From Octopus vulgaris (taxonomy: Eukaryota), in NCBI GenBank assembly GCA_951406725.2, contig OX597815.1, positions 205,096,001-205,160,000 of the forward strand: a stretch of 64,000 nucleotides of DNA, given 5' to 3'. The position numbers and the translations under genes are program-made. The notes beneath the pieces were generated by a model. It searched no databases, was not told where the DNA came from, and was given only the letters and a program-made list of their open reading frames with translations. Below are positions 1 through 11,254 of the stretch, in pieces (position 1 is the stretch's first letter; each line of letters opens with the position of its first letter).

Positions 1-250
1 GAAGAGGGGGAGAGAAGGGGAGGGGAAGAGGAGAGGATGGGGGAGAGAGAAGAAGGGGAGGAGGGGGAGGAAGGAGGAAAGAGGGAGAGGGGGAGAGAGA
101 AGGGGAGTGAGGGAGCAGAGGGAAGGAGGGAGGGAGAAAGAGGGAAGAAGGGAAGGGGAGTAGGGGTGAAAGGATGAAGGACTGAAGAAGTAGGGGTCGG
201 GGGAAAGGATAGGTGAGGAGGGGGAGAGAGGGGTTAGATGAGGAGGGGGG
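1..250. repeat. Polypurine (GA-rich) low-complexity tract, probably the pyrimidine-rich 3' region of the adjacent Penelope element
   Basis: Almost only G/A on the + strand; directly follows the PFGLN end of the minus-strand GIY-YIG frame. Confidence 0.7.
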
Positions 251-617
251 AGAGTTGAGACCAAATGGCGTATAAGAGCGAAGAGAGAAGATTAATTCCT
301 GTTCACGGCGCAAACGGGAATCCGGATGGCCTCTGTGTAAGGACAAACCGAACACAGATAGGTGTTGCAAGGAGTGACCGGTGGAGCGGAAATGGCGTGA
401 GACCGGTGTGTCGTTCGCAAGGTGGATGTCACGAAGGTGTTCCGCGAACCGGTCAGCCAAGATGTACAAGGAATTGCAGAGAGAGCAAGAGATGCAATAG
501 ATAATATTGCTGGAGGTGCAGGTGAAGGAGTGGATGATGGGATAGGGTCGATGGTGGGTGCTAGTGAGGCGGGTGGTGTTGGAGAGGTAAGGGCAAGTGC
601 GGCAACGTGGGCGGGAG
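250..617 (-). mobile_element. Penelope-like retroelement remnant: Cys-rich linker plus GIY-YIG endonuclease domain
   Basis: Manual minus-strand translation (frame not in the ORF track): SRPRCRTCPYLSNTT...HSFTCTSSNIIYCISCSLCNSLYI-LADRFAEHLRDIHLANDTPVSRHFRSTGHSLQHLSVFGL...RLRREQELIFSLRSYTPFGLN. This matches the PLE CxxC linker, IY..C..C...YIG, RFxEH, HF...H, RE and PxGLN motifs; 5' end abuts (TA)n. Confidence 0.9.
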
Positions 618-635
618 ATATATATATATATATAT

Positions 636-672
<37 letters not shown>

Positions 673-1020
673 TACAGTATGTATATATATATAAAATGGA
701 ACAAAAACGTAATGGAGGACACTAAAACATTCGGACAGATAGATGATACAAAGGCGGACGTTCCATTTTTTATATTTATATATACACATAGCGGCGAACG
801 TACACACTTGTGCTTACTCGGTAAGTTTCTTGTCGGTGCCTCCAAAGTGGAAGCAATATTATCGATAATGGCCGAAATTGCGCTCGACCCTCGGGCCGAT
901 TACTGAAGAGTAGTTGGTGACCTGTGTTTTCCGTTCGTCGATTTACTCGACTACAAGCGGTGCTCCAGCATGGCCGTAGTCAAATGACTGAAACGAGTAA
1001 AAGAAAAGAATATATATATA

Positions 1021-1185
1021 TACGACAGGATTCTTTCAGTTTCTTTCTGCCAAATTCAATCACAAAGCTATGTTCGGCACGAAGCTATAGAAGAAGACAC
1101 TTGCCCAAGGTGCCACACAGTGGAACTGAACCCGGAACCATGTGGTTAGAAAGCAAACTTCTTACCACACAGCCACGCCCGCGCC
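1021..1185 (-). mobile_element. SINE family A, 5' half
   Basis: Reverse complement of the head at 1204-1368. Confidence 0.9.
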
Positions 1186-1203
1186 TATATAATTATCATC
1201 ATA

Positions 1204-1620
1204 GGCGCAGGAGTGGCTGTGTGGTAAGTAGCTTGCTAAACCAACCACATGGTTCCGGGTTCAATCCCACTGCGTGGCATCTTGGGCAAGTGTCTTCTGC
1301 TATGACCCCGGGCCGACCAATGCCTTGTGAGTGGATTTGGTAGACGGAAACTGAAAGAAGCCCGTCGTATATATATATGTATATATATATGTATGTGTGT
1401 GTATGTGTTTGTGTGTCTGTGTTTGTCTCCCTAGCATTGCTTGACAACCGATGTTGGTGTGTTTACGTCCCCGTCACTTAGCGGTTCGGCAAAAAAGATC
1501 GATAGAATAAGTACTGGGCTTACAAAGAATAAGTCCCGGGGTCGATTTGCTCGACTAAAGGTGGTGCTCCAGCATGGCCGCAGTCAAATGACTGAAACAA
1601 GTAAAAGAGAGTAAAAGAGT
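1204..1620 (+). mobile_element. SINE family A, full length (tRNA-derived head, internal (TA)/(TG) microsatellite, (AAAAGAGT)n tail)
   Basis: Box A-like TGGCTGTGTGG, box B GGTTCAATCCC, CTTGGGCAAGT segment, tandem tail; more than 20 copies or fragments in the window. Confidence 0.92.
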
Positions 1621-1759
1621 ATTCAAGTGATGCTTTTTCCGAAAGTGAGGGTGACCTTTTGTAAAATGAAAGGAGAACTTAAAGCCGTGTGGGAAACGAA
1701 GTGCTTCTGTACAAGTAGAATCCAGACTATAAATAAGTATATAATAGTCCTCCTCCCCC

Positions 1760-1961
1760 ATAGGCACAAGACCTTAAGCTAGAGGGTGGGGGTGGGGTAG
1801 TCGATTACCTCGACTCCGGTGTTTACCTGATAGTTATTTCATCGACTTTGAAAGGGTTAAAGGCAAAGTCGACCTCTGCGGAATTTGAACTCAGAACGGA
1901 AAGACCAGTGGAATGCTGCCTAGTATTTTGTCCGGCGTGCTAACGATTCTGCCAAATCGCC
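1760..1961 (-). mobile_element. SINE family B, older copy
   Basis: Contains AGGCAAAGTCGACCTCTGCGGAATTTGAACTCAGAACG, the reverse complement of the family B core. Confidence 0.8.
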
Positions 1962-2003
<42 letters not shown>

Positions 2004-2253
2004 GGAAGCTTGCTTCCCAATTATATGGTTCCGGATTCACTCCCGTTTGGGCAAGTGTCTTCTAAAGCCTTGTGAGCAGATTTGGTAGACAGAAACTGAA
2101 AGAAGCCCGTCGAATATATATATGTTGGCCTGCTCGCTTAGCCAGCGGAGTGGCGTCATTTGAAGGCTAAAACCATGCGAAGCGCATTGTGACCAGCGAT
2201 GTGTAACAACATCTGATAGCCTGGTCGGTCACGGTGATCACGGTGATATTTAT

Positions 2254-2296
<43 letters not shown>

Positions 2297-2346
2297 TGTA
2301 TTTGTGTGTCTGTCCTCCCAACATCGCTTGACAACCGATGTTGGTG
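2004..2346 (+). mobile_element. SINE family A partial copy, with a 120-bp retroposon tail (2128-2248) inserted in its microsatellite
   Basis: Family A head and body; the insert GCTCGCTTAGCCAGCG...GGTCACGGTGATCACGGTGAT recurs at 41305-41412 and 45355-45450. Confidence 0.8.
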
Positions 2347-2754
2347 TACTCTTTTACTCTTTTACTTGTTTCAGTCATTTGACTGCGGCCATGCTGGAGC
2401 ACCGCCTTTAGTCGAGCAACTCGACCCCGGGACTTATTCTTTGTAAGCCCAGGACTTATTCTATCGGTCTCTTTTGCCGAACCGCTAAGTAACGGGGACG
2501 TACACACACCAGCATCGGTTGTCAAGCAATGCTAGGGGGACAAACACAGACACACAAACACACACATACATATATACATATATACATATATACGACAGGC
2601 TTCTTTCAGTTTCCGTCTACCAAATCCACTCACAAGGCTTTGGTCGGCCCGAGGCTATAGTAGAAGACACTTGCCCAAGGTGCCACGCAGTGGGACTGAA
2701 CCCGGAACCATGCGGTTGGTAAACAAGCTACTTACCACACAGCCACTCCTGCGC
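2347..2754 (-). mobile_element. SINE family A, full length
   Basis: Near-identical reverse complement of 1204-1620. Confidence 0.92.
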
Positions 2755-2759
2755 TATTT

Positions 2760-2930
2760 TGTGTTTACGTTCCCGTAACGTAGCGGTTCGGCACAAGACA
2801 CCGATAGAATTAGTGCTACGCACACAAAGAATAAGTCCTGGGGGTCGATTTGTTCGACTAAAGGTGGTGCTCCAGCATGGCCGCAGTCAGATGACTGAAA
2901 CGAGTAAAAGAATTTAAGAGTAAAAGAATT
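2760..2930 (+). mobile_element. SINE family A, 3' half
   Basis: GTTTACGTTCCCGTAAC...GACTGAAACGAGTAAAAGA. Confidence 0.85.
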
Positions 2931-3209
2931 TACTTAAACCCAAGACATCGGAAGTTTGCTTCGATACCATGTTATGTTAAATTATTTCCCTTTATTCACA
3001 CTGTTAATGATACATAGACAGCAAAACTGTTAACGATTAAACTCAAAGTAACTTACTTGGCTTTTAGTTTCCCAATACATGTTAGCTCAGATTTGTAGCG
3101 TCATTGGGCTTTTTCGTATTTTATTTGTAATTGTAGAACTTTTTCAAAGAAATATTAATGCTGTGATTTATTTACTAATTTATATGAAACATTTTCCATG
3201 TAGAAAGCA

Positions 3210-5060
3210 ATGTCCACACGAAAGAATATTACTGTAAAAAAAAAGTGAAATATTTCTAACTGTGACACTATCATCAGTTTAAGTGGACTTAGTACGAAGT
3301 ATGGATTGACCAGATTTACAGTTTGTACTGTTATGAAGACAAAGAATAAACTAAAAGTGTAACAGTATCGAAAATCATATATATATGTTCAATAATATTC
3401 GTACCGCACGATACAGATGAAATGGAAAATCTATTATTAACGTAGATAAAAGAGAAACAATTGACTTACGATTCAGTGGGAAGATAATTTATTTGTGAAA
3501 AAGTTAAGTGTTAACGAACAGCTTCTAAGAGATGCTCCTATAAGTCAGTGATGTAAAACCAGAGGAATATAAAGTCATCATCAAATCATTCATAAGGCAT
3601 TCTGGTGTGTACAGTATCGTAGGGCATGGTGAAGCTGCCAGCTCAGACTTAATTGCTGCGGAAAAATAAGGTGCTGAATTTCGTAACTTCGTGCGGAAGG
3701 ATACTTCTTGCGCTCATCGATTTTTAATTGTGATGTGAATGGCTTTGTACGGGAAAAGGTTAAAAAAGATCATAGAATGCCCCCAAGATAACCTACATTA
3801 CGCAGGAGAAAGTCATATTTTTGACATAAACCGATGAAGAGTGGTTAATGCTACCTTTTTTGCACTAATACTTCAAGGGATTTGCAAATGCAGTTATTCT
3901 TGTGTTGCACTGAGAAAACCCAAGAACCTTCGAGAACATTAAAAATAAACAGGTTTGGTGTTCAGTAAACTTCCAACTCGAAGGTTTAAGTTGCAAGAAG
4001 TCTGTTTACAGATGTGTTTGCCCCAACACCAACAACAGCAACAACTCCTGACTACATCAAAGAGAAAGGATCTTTCTATGAAAGCTCTTCTTGTAATGGA
4101 TATAATACTCCTGCACATTCTTCTCAAACCTCACGAAGCAAATACCACACTAGTTTGATTTAATCATTTTCGATTTTCTATCCTTTAACACAGTGCTTTT
4201 CAACCTTTTTGCTGGAGCGGAACCCCAAGGAGACATTCCACTGGCTCGAGGAACCCCTGTGCAATAATTTAATTGTCTTATGCACACATATCTGCACAGG
4301 AGAATTAAAAATTACTGTCGATTTTAGCATTTATGTAACTTCTTGCGGAACCCCTGGAATGTACTGGCGGAACCCTGGTTGAAAACCACTGCTTTAACAT
4401 TATTTATCTGCTCATGCCCTTGTATTTTCAAGTCAATGCGTGTTTTAAAATATTATACTCATTGCCACCCTTCAAGACCTGTTTTATAGTGACTTCGCCT
4501 ATTGAAAAAAACACTAAAAGAATTTTAGGGAAGATTAGTTTACCATTGTAGATGTTGTGAAGTCATGAAGAGAGCTTTATTTTAAGCGCTTGAACACTTC
4601 TCGAAAAGCTTTATGGCCTGATATTTCCACAATGGGCTTTGAAATGCTTGAAACAGCACCTGTAATTGAAAAAATTGTACACCTGAGCAGTTCTATGAGA
4701 GCTTTTAGGTAATGAAGAGGACATAAGTTATTTAATTGCGAAGCAGAGAAGATAACTACCCATCGACACTCCGAAAAGACATACCGGAAAGAGGGTATAT
4801 CCTTGCAGCTAAGCATAGACTCCAGAGGAAGAGGAGTAAAATGAAAATAAGAACCATATCAGGAGAAAATCCGAAGAAGGTATTTTGTCCTGCCGTGAGT
4901 TCAGACATTATGAGAAGATATTAACTTCTCTAAGCGGATGTTGAATTAAGTGTGATTCAAATTATCTGATAAAGTATTGCAATACCTTTAGACTATCGAG
5001 AATAGACTACAGCAAACAACAAAAATACACTCTTTAGATACTTTCTTTTTTAAAAAAACT
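3210..5060 (+). pseudogene. Decayed Tigger/pogo (Tc1-mariner superfamily) transposase, interrupted by a hAT MITE
   Basis: Frameshifted blocks: EMENLLLT*IKEKQL (CENP-B HTH), SIVGHGEAASSDLIAAEK, IFNCD, TYITQE, HKPMK, ENPRTF, DLSMKALLVMD..PAH; after the MITE FNIIYLLMPL (LPPNTT-like) and KALWPD. Confidence 0.85.
4191..4391 (+). mobile_element. hAT (Charlie-type) MITE family H1
   Basis: TIRs CAGTGCTTTTCAA / TTGAAAACCACTG; perfect 8-bp TSD CTTTAACA (4183-4190, 4392-4399); four copies in the window. Confidence 0.93.
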
Positions 5061-5596
5061 GACACAAATACTTTTTACTTCTGTAGTTTCAGCTTTTTCA
5101 ATAAGATCCAGATGATTTTCTTTCAGACGAAAGAATTTCTGCTTAAAGCTTCGAAGTGGTCTCTATTCTTCTTCTCGCTCCCAACACTCTGCTCTCCTTC
5201 ACTTTGAATAAATAACTCGCCAAACGCAAGCAAGAAATTGTGTCTTTTTCTTAATTGTTAATTTATTACCTTTTTCTTCGAATTTTAATTTGCTTATTTG
5301 GACGCACGAAAATTATGTTGAATTATTTCCTTTTCACTACATATCACACTTACTATGAGTATAACTGAATTTGTAATTCGTTACGTGCAACAGAAGCAGT
5401 ATTAGCTTAAAATAGCAATCTGTGTATCATATTCAATGTAGGTAGATCACGGAAAGCCAAATTAACTGCGGCATTCGTCATGAATACACAATATATACGC
5501 CATATAAACCTACAGATTTTTTTTAAATGATACTTAGCATGAAATAATATCTATTTATTGTGTAAATGTTTACTATATCTGTTAGACTTTATGTCT

Positions 5597-5974
5597 TATT
5601 CTTTTATTCCTTTATTTGTTTTAGTCATTTGACTGCGGCCATGCTGGAGCACCGCCTTTAGTCGAACAAATCGACCCCAGGACTTATTCTTTGTAAGCCT
5701 AGTACTTATTCTATCGGTCTCTTTTGCCGAACCGCTAAATTACGGGGACGTAAACACATTAACACCAGTTGTCAAGCGATGACAGGGGAACAAACACAGA
5801 CACAAACATATATGTGGATTTCTTTCAGTTTCCGTCTACTAAATCCACTCACAAGGCTTTGGTTGGCCCGAGGCTATAGTAGAAGACACTTGCCCAAGGT
5901 GCCACGCAGTGGGACTGAACCCGGAATTATGTGGTTGGGAAGCAAGCTTCTTACCACACAGCCATGCCTACGCC
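5597..5974 (-). mobile_element. SINE family A, full length
   Basis: Homology to 1204-1620. Confidence 0.9.
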
Positions 5975-6309
5975 TATAAAAAAGATTTTTTAAATAATCA
6001 ATGGATTTTATAGTTGTTAAATTTATTTTCTTTTTGCATATTTATACTTGCAATTTATCTTATTACACAAATATTGCATTTATTTTATACGTACAGATAT
6101 TTATTGATAATTTCATGCTTTATTAATTCTGAAACGGATGGTTTGAATGTAGGCTTCTGGTATTCATTGAGAATGTGGAATGAACTGTCCTTGTATATAT
6201 CTATATTTAATTGTTGTGGTAACGAGTGAGCTCCTGGAACTAATCAGACACGTGACCGAAGAAGGTTCGTCTTACATACACACACACACTAATATGAACC
6301 ACTTCTTCC

Positions 6310-6560
6310 CAGATGTAAAATGGGTTTGCGTAGGTCCTTACCTACCTAGAAAAAGAGCAAAGTTACAGAAGCATTGGTGACAATTCAAAGTAAACAAGAT
6401 CTGAGAGAGGAAGGCTTTCCCTCCAGGGAAACAAATGATGCGGTGCAGCAAAATCTGAAAGGGAGCTGCAAGGAAGACTCAGGGATCCACCTGGAGAGAA
6501 GCAGAAAAGAGCCCAGAGTTAACATCAGTGAAGAACAGCTTATGCACCATAGAAAGCTAA
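6310..6560 (+). mobile_element. Possible RTE-clade LINE 3' ORF remnant
   Basis: Degenerate blocks such as TWREAEK..(W)R..LCT resembling an RTE ORF C-terminus; heavily decayed. Confidence 0.4.
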
Positions 6561-6974
6561 GGGCTTTATTATGTACAAATACCGCTTCGTCGTATCCCTT
6601 CTGGTTTTTATTTTCCTTCCACTGTGTTTTCATTGCAGTTTTTCAAATTTGAAGTAGGCTTCACCCTAAATTAACATCAAAGTTGAAATTATTTTTTAAT
6701 ATTTTCTAAAATATATTTGAGACTGAATTGAAGTCGACTTTCCTGAAAATTAAAATTAATGTATTTAAACCAACTTCAAAACAGAAAAAAAAGTTCAAAG
6801 GATTCCGAGAAACTGTTTAATATAAACGATGCAACAGCTAAAAGAGTATAAGAAATAAAATCCTGGAAAGAATCAGAGCAAGTATAATGTCAAGGTCTTC
6901 AATGTATTTTAAACATTGACTCTGTTTTGAATAAATGTTGAAAAACCAATATGAAGACAGTATCCATATGCTTA

Positions 6975-7009
6975 TGTATATGTATATACACATACATTTA
7001 CATATATGC

Positions 7010-7085
<76 letters not shown>

Positions 7086-7256
7086 GCATACATGCATTTA
7101 TATATATGTACATATATATACGTACATACGCACGTGCATACATGCATGCATACACACACACATATATATGCATATTTATATACAAACATACGTACATTTA
7201 TACACATACACACATTTATACATATACATATATATGTATGTATATATATATATATA
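6975..7256. repeat. (TA)n/(CA)n compound microsatellite
   Basis: Direct reading. Confidence 0.95.
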
Positions 7257-7309
7257 ATAGAAACCTTCGAACAGAGACGTCAGTGGCGACACCTGCGGGG
7301 TCTGACTGC

Positions 7310-7351
7310 GCTACATTGACAAGGGGCAATACCCCGAAACGCGTCTGTAGC
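7310..7351 (+). ncRNA. Type I minimal hammerhead ribozyme motif with U3-A8 core variant
   Basis: GCTACA-TTGACAA-GGGG caata CCCC-GAAA-CGCG-TC-TGTAGC: perfect 6-bp stem I, 4-bp stem II, palindromic stem III remnant, GUC cleavage triplet. Confidence 0.8.
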
Positions 7352-7517
7352 TGTCGGACTGGCAGTGTGAAGCGGCTGACCTCCCTTGTTCGAAGGTTAT
7401 AATGGATACAGATCATGTATCAATAGCTATCTTAAGGCGGTAGCCTCATGGAGCTGACCAGCGGCAGCGATAATTCTTATATCTATAAGAATGCCATATT
7501 AATATGGCGATAACAAT

Positions 7518-7579
<62 letters not shown>

Positions 7580-7656
7580 TATGTACGTACGTACATGCGG
7601 GCATACATGCATGTATACACACTTATACACACACACAACGCACACACAACACACAC

Positions 7657-7698
<42 letters not shown>

Positions 7699-7779
7699 AC
7701 ACACGATAGTCAAATGTTTTTACACATTACATAGTTTGAATTACGTTTGTGTTATTGATTATAATAATTATTTCTAATT

Positions 7780-8170
7780 TTGGCACGAGGCCAGCAAATT
7801 AAGGGAAGTGCCAGTTGATTACACCGACCCCATTGCTCAATTGATAGTTATTTTACCGTCCCCGAAAAAGTGAAAGGCAAAGTCGATCTCAGCAGAATTT
7901 GAATCCAAAACGTAAAGACGGACGAAATGCTGTTAAGCATTTTGTCCGGCATGCTAACCAATCTGCCAGCACGTCGCCTTGATAACAATCCTGAAATTTT
8001 AGGTAGGGGGCTAGTCGATGATATCGATCCCCAGTGCTCAACTGGTACTTATTTTATCGATCTCGGAAGAATAAAAAGCAAAGTCGACCTCGGCAGAATT
8101 TGAACTCAGAACGGACGAAATACCGCTAAGTATTTTATCGGGCGTGTTAACGGTTCTGCCTGCTCACTGC
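7780..8170 (-). mobile_element. Two tandem older SINE family B copies
   Basis: Two AAAGTCGA..CAGAATTTGAA cores near 7878 and 8080. Confidence 0.8.
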
Positions 8171-9069
8171 TCTTGTGCTATTGATAATTCAAATTCTGGT
8201 GCAAATTCAAGTTCTGGCATAAAGCAATCATTAACCATTATCCATTAGTCATCGACCATTAATCTTGGAAACTTAGTGATTTCTTAAACATTGTCAAGTA
8301 TCGTCAACGGAACAATCACCATCATTCATTATTATCATCCTCTATAATTATCAATCATAATCAATAAACATTATTCACAATCCTCAATCAATCACCATCA
8401 GTCATTAGACGCCATTACTCTTTGGCAATCACTTAATACTAATTACCATCCACCATAAATCATCATTATGCAACAAGCCTGTTAGTCATTAACAATCATC
8501 ATCAGGAACGATGAATTATATATGATTTTTAAAATGGATTTTTTCATGTTCTTGTATTCAGACCGTTGTTGTTTCAACAAAGCGAAAATTCGCTAGGAAG
8601 ATTATTTCATTTTGCACTGTCTCTCTCTCTCTCTGTTTCTCTATCTTCCTCTCTCTCCCGCTCCATTTTTTCCCTCTCGAAAGGGCTCCAAACACCAAAA
8701 CCTTTTTTCCATTCTTACCGAGCGTCAAGCCAAATACACCTGCTGGTTGTTCCCTCACCTGTCTTTGTCTTTTGTTTTCTGTACAATCGAACAATGTGTG
8801 TGTATGTGTGTGAGTGTTTGTGTGTATGTGCGCGTATCTTTTCTCGTTTTTTTCTTTGTTTCAGTCATTACACTACGGTCATGCTGGGGCACCGCCTTCA
8901 AAAATCTATCGACCCCACTACTTTCTTGTACGTATAAATATGTGTATGTGTGTAGATAGATAGATAGATAGAAAATGTTTATATATACATGTGTGTGCGT
9001 GTAAGCAGAGTTAGCAATTGTTCCAACCGTCTAAGGGGTAAAAGTATCCGTATTTATATATATATATTA

Positions 9070-9154
<85 letters not shown>

Positions 9155-9155
<1 letters not shown>

Positions 9156-9380
9156 CTCGATTTAAAAGAACAGAAATTCAACAAAACCTGTTTTGTTAAA
9201 ATCTGTCCGACGAACAGATTTTATCCTCATCATCAAAACTGTCCGACGAACGGGAACGTGAAACTCGGAGTAACAGGTTTTGTTGAATTTCTGCTGCTTT
9301 TGAATAAAGCATATTACTCTACCCCTGGTATTTGAATACTCTTTTTTTCCACCTTGTTTCACATTTATGTGTTTATCTCC

Positions 9381-9383
<3 letters not shown>
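9155..9383 (+). mobile_element. (TA)n-embedded fold-back element (family P2), Penelope terminal-repeat-like
   Basis: Inverted CAGAAATTCAACAAAACCTGTT / AACAGGTTTTGTTGAATTTCTG; 3' part shared with 13863-14021 and 53385-53475 (minus). Confidence 0.7.
9234..9282 (+). ncRNA. Type I hammerhead ribozyme motif with U4C core variant
   Basis: CAAAACTGT-CCGACGA-ACG ggaa CGT-GAAA-CTCGGAG-TA-ACAGGTTTTG. Confidence 0.7.
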
Positions 9384-9465
<82 letters not shown>

Positions 9466-9468
<3 letters not shown>

Positions 9469-9865
9469 ACTCTCTCTTTTACTTGTTTCAGTCATTTGAC
9501 TGCTGCCATGCTGGAGCACCGTCTTTAATCGAGCAACTCGACCCCGGGACTTATTCTTTGTAAGCCCAGTACTTATTCTATCGGTCTCTTTTGCCGAACC
9601 GCTAATTGACGGGGACATAAACACACCAACATCGGTTGTCAAGCAATGCTAGGTGGACAAACACAGACAAGCACATACACACATATATATATATATATAT
9701 ATACGACGGGCTTCTTTCAGTTTCCATCCACCAAATCCACTCACAAGGCTTTGGTCGGCCAGAGGCTATAGCAGAAGACACTTGCTCAAGGTGCCACGCA
9801 GTGGACTGGACCCGGAACCATGTGGTTGGTAAACAAGCTACTTACCACACAGCCACTCCTGCGCC
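9466..9865 (-). mobile_element. SINE family A, full length
   Basis: Homology to 1204-1620. Confidence 0.92.
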
Positions 9866-9896
<31 letters not shown>

Positions 9897-9897
9897 G

Positions 9898-9960
<63 letters not shown>

Positions 9961-9974
9961 CACACATATGTATA

Positions 9975-10032
9975 TATATAAAATACAAATGGGACAAGAA
10001 CGCAAAACATCTGGACAACTAGTTGTCCGGTT

Positions 10033-10066
<34 letters not shown>

Positions 10067-10156
10067 CTATAAACATTTTCTATCTATCTATCTATAACAT
10101 CCGGACAACTAGTTGTCCGGATGTTTTGCGTTCTTGTCCCATTTTGTATTTTATAT
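9975..10156. repeat. Inverted pair of element ends (family P4) with a 30-bp perfect palindrome at 10096-10125
   Basis: AAAATACAAATGGGACAAGAACGCAAAACAT and its reverse complement; AACATCCGGACAACT|AGTTGTCCGGATGTT; related sequence at about 690-780 and 50075-50180. Confidence 0.8.
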
Positions 10157-10185
10157 ACATATATATACCGGCGTACGTACACTTT

Positions 10186-10336
<151 letters not shown>

Positions 10337-11254
10337 GCACTAGCATTCCTTAGTCGTCGTGGGTAAAACAAATTAAATAAATACATATAAAAGTTTCCCC
10401 CACGAAACTTAAGGTGCCTGCGTAAGTTCTAGATTTTTTTTCCAGTTTCAAACCAATAATACGTATGTGTGTGTGTGGTTGTCTGTGTGGTGCGCGTGCG
10501 ATTGTGTGTGTGTGAAAGAGAGAGAGAGAGAGAGAGAGAGAGTACGTGAGAGAGAGAGAGTGCGTGTGTAAGAGACAGAGAATGCGTGTGTGCGTGTGTG
10601 TGAAAGAGAGAGAGAGAGTGCGTGTGTGCATTTTGGAAGGAGACAGAGGGGTGTAGATGGGATAGACTGAGAGACCAAAGAAAGAAAGAAAGAAAGAAAG
10701 GAAGAAAGAAAGAAAGAAAGAAAGAAAGGAAGAGAGAAAGGTGGAAAGGAAGGAAAAGGAAATGCAGATAGCTTCACCTCTTAAATATTATCCTGGTGCC
10801 TGAGTTACACAAGGAAATAATCATCTTCATTTTGATCACCGTTTTATCCTCATCATCATCACCACCACCACCATCCTCCTCCTCATCATCATCATCATCG
10901 TCATCATCATCATTTTTAGTATTATCATTATTAACATGTGTGTATATAAGATAAATGGAGATGGAGCGGGGTGGGGGTGGAGTGGGGTTGTGTCGTGGAA
11001 TTCAATCCGTGTCTTTTTTCAAAGCGAGAGAAATAGGGTATCTTAAGATAATGTTTCTCAGCTGAATGCAAAATACATACACACCGAGTGTGTTTGGGGG
11101 GGGGGAGAGAAGGTGAGCCGGTTGGTTGGTTGGTCTTGTGTGTGTGTGTGTGTGTGTTTGAATGTGTGTGTGTGTTAAGTGTGCCTGTCCATGAGTTTAT
11201 TAATGTAGGTATATACTATACGTATTTCTATGTACGTACGTATGTGTTTATATA

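Noticed and set aside
292-807. 171-aa minus-strand ORF over the Penelope remnant
   Set aside because: Wrong frame; the GIY-YIG motifs lie in a different minus frame without a start codon.
1199-1447. Recurrent ORFs such as MSSNARGTNTD.../SVSVYQIHSQG... seen more than 10 times
   Set aside because: Translations of SINE-A copies, not a gene family.
3250-3280. Minus-strand CTGATGA...GAAA inside the Tigger remnant
   Set aside because: Weak stem II and no stem I; consistent with chance.
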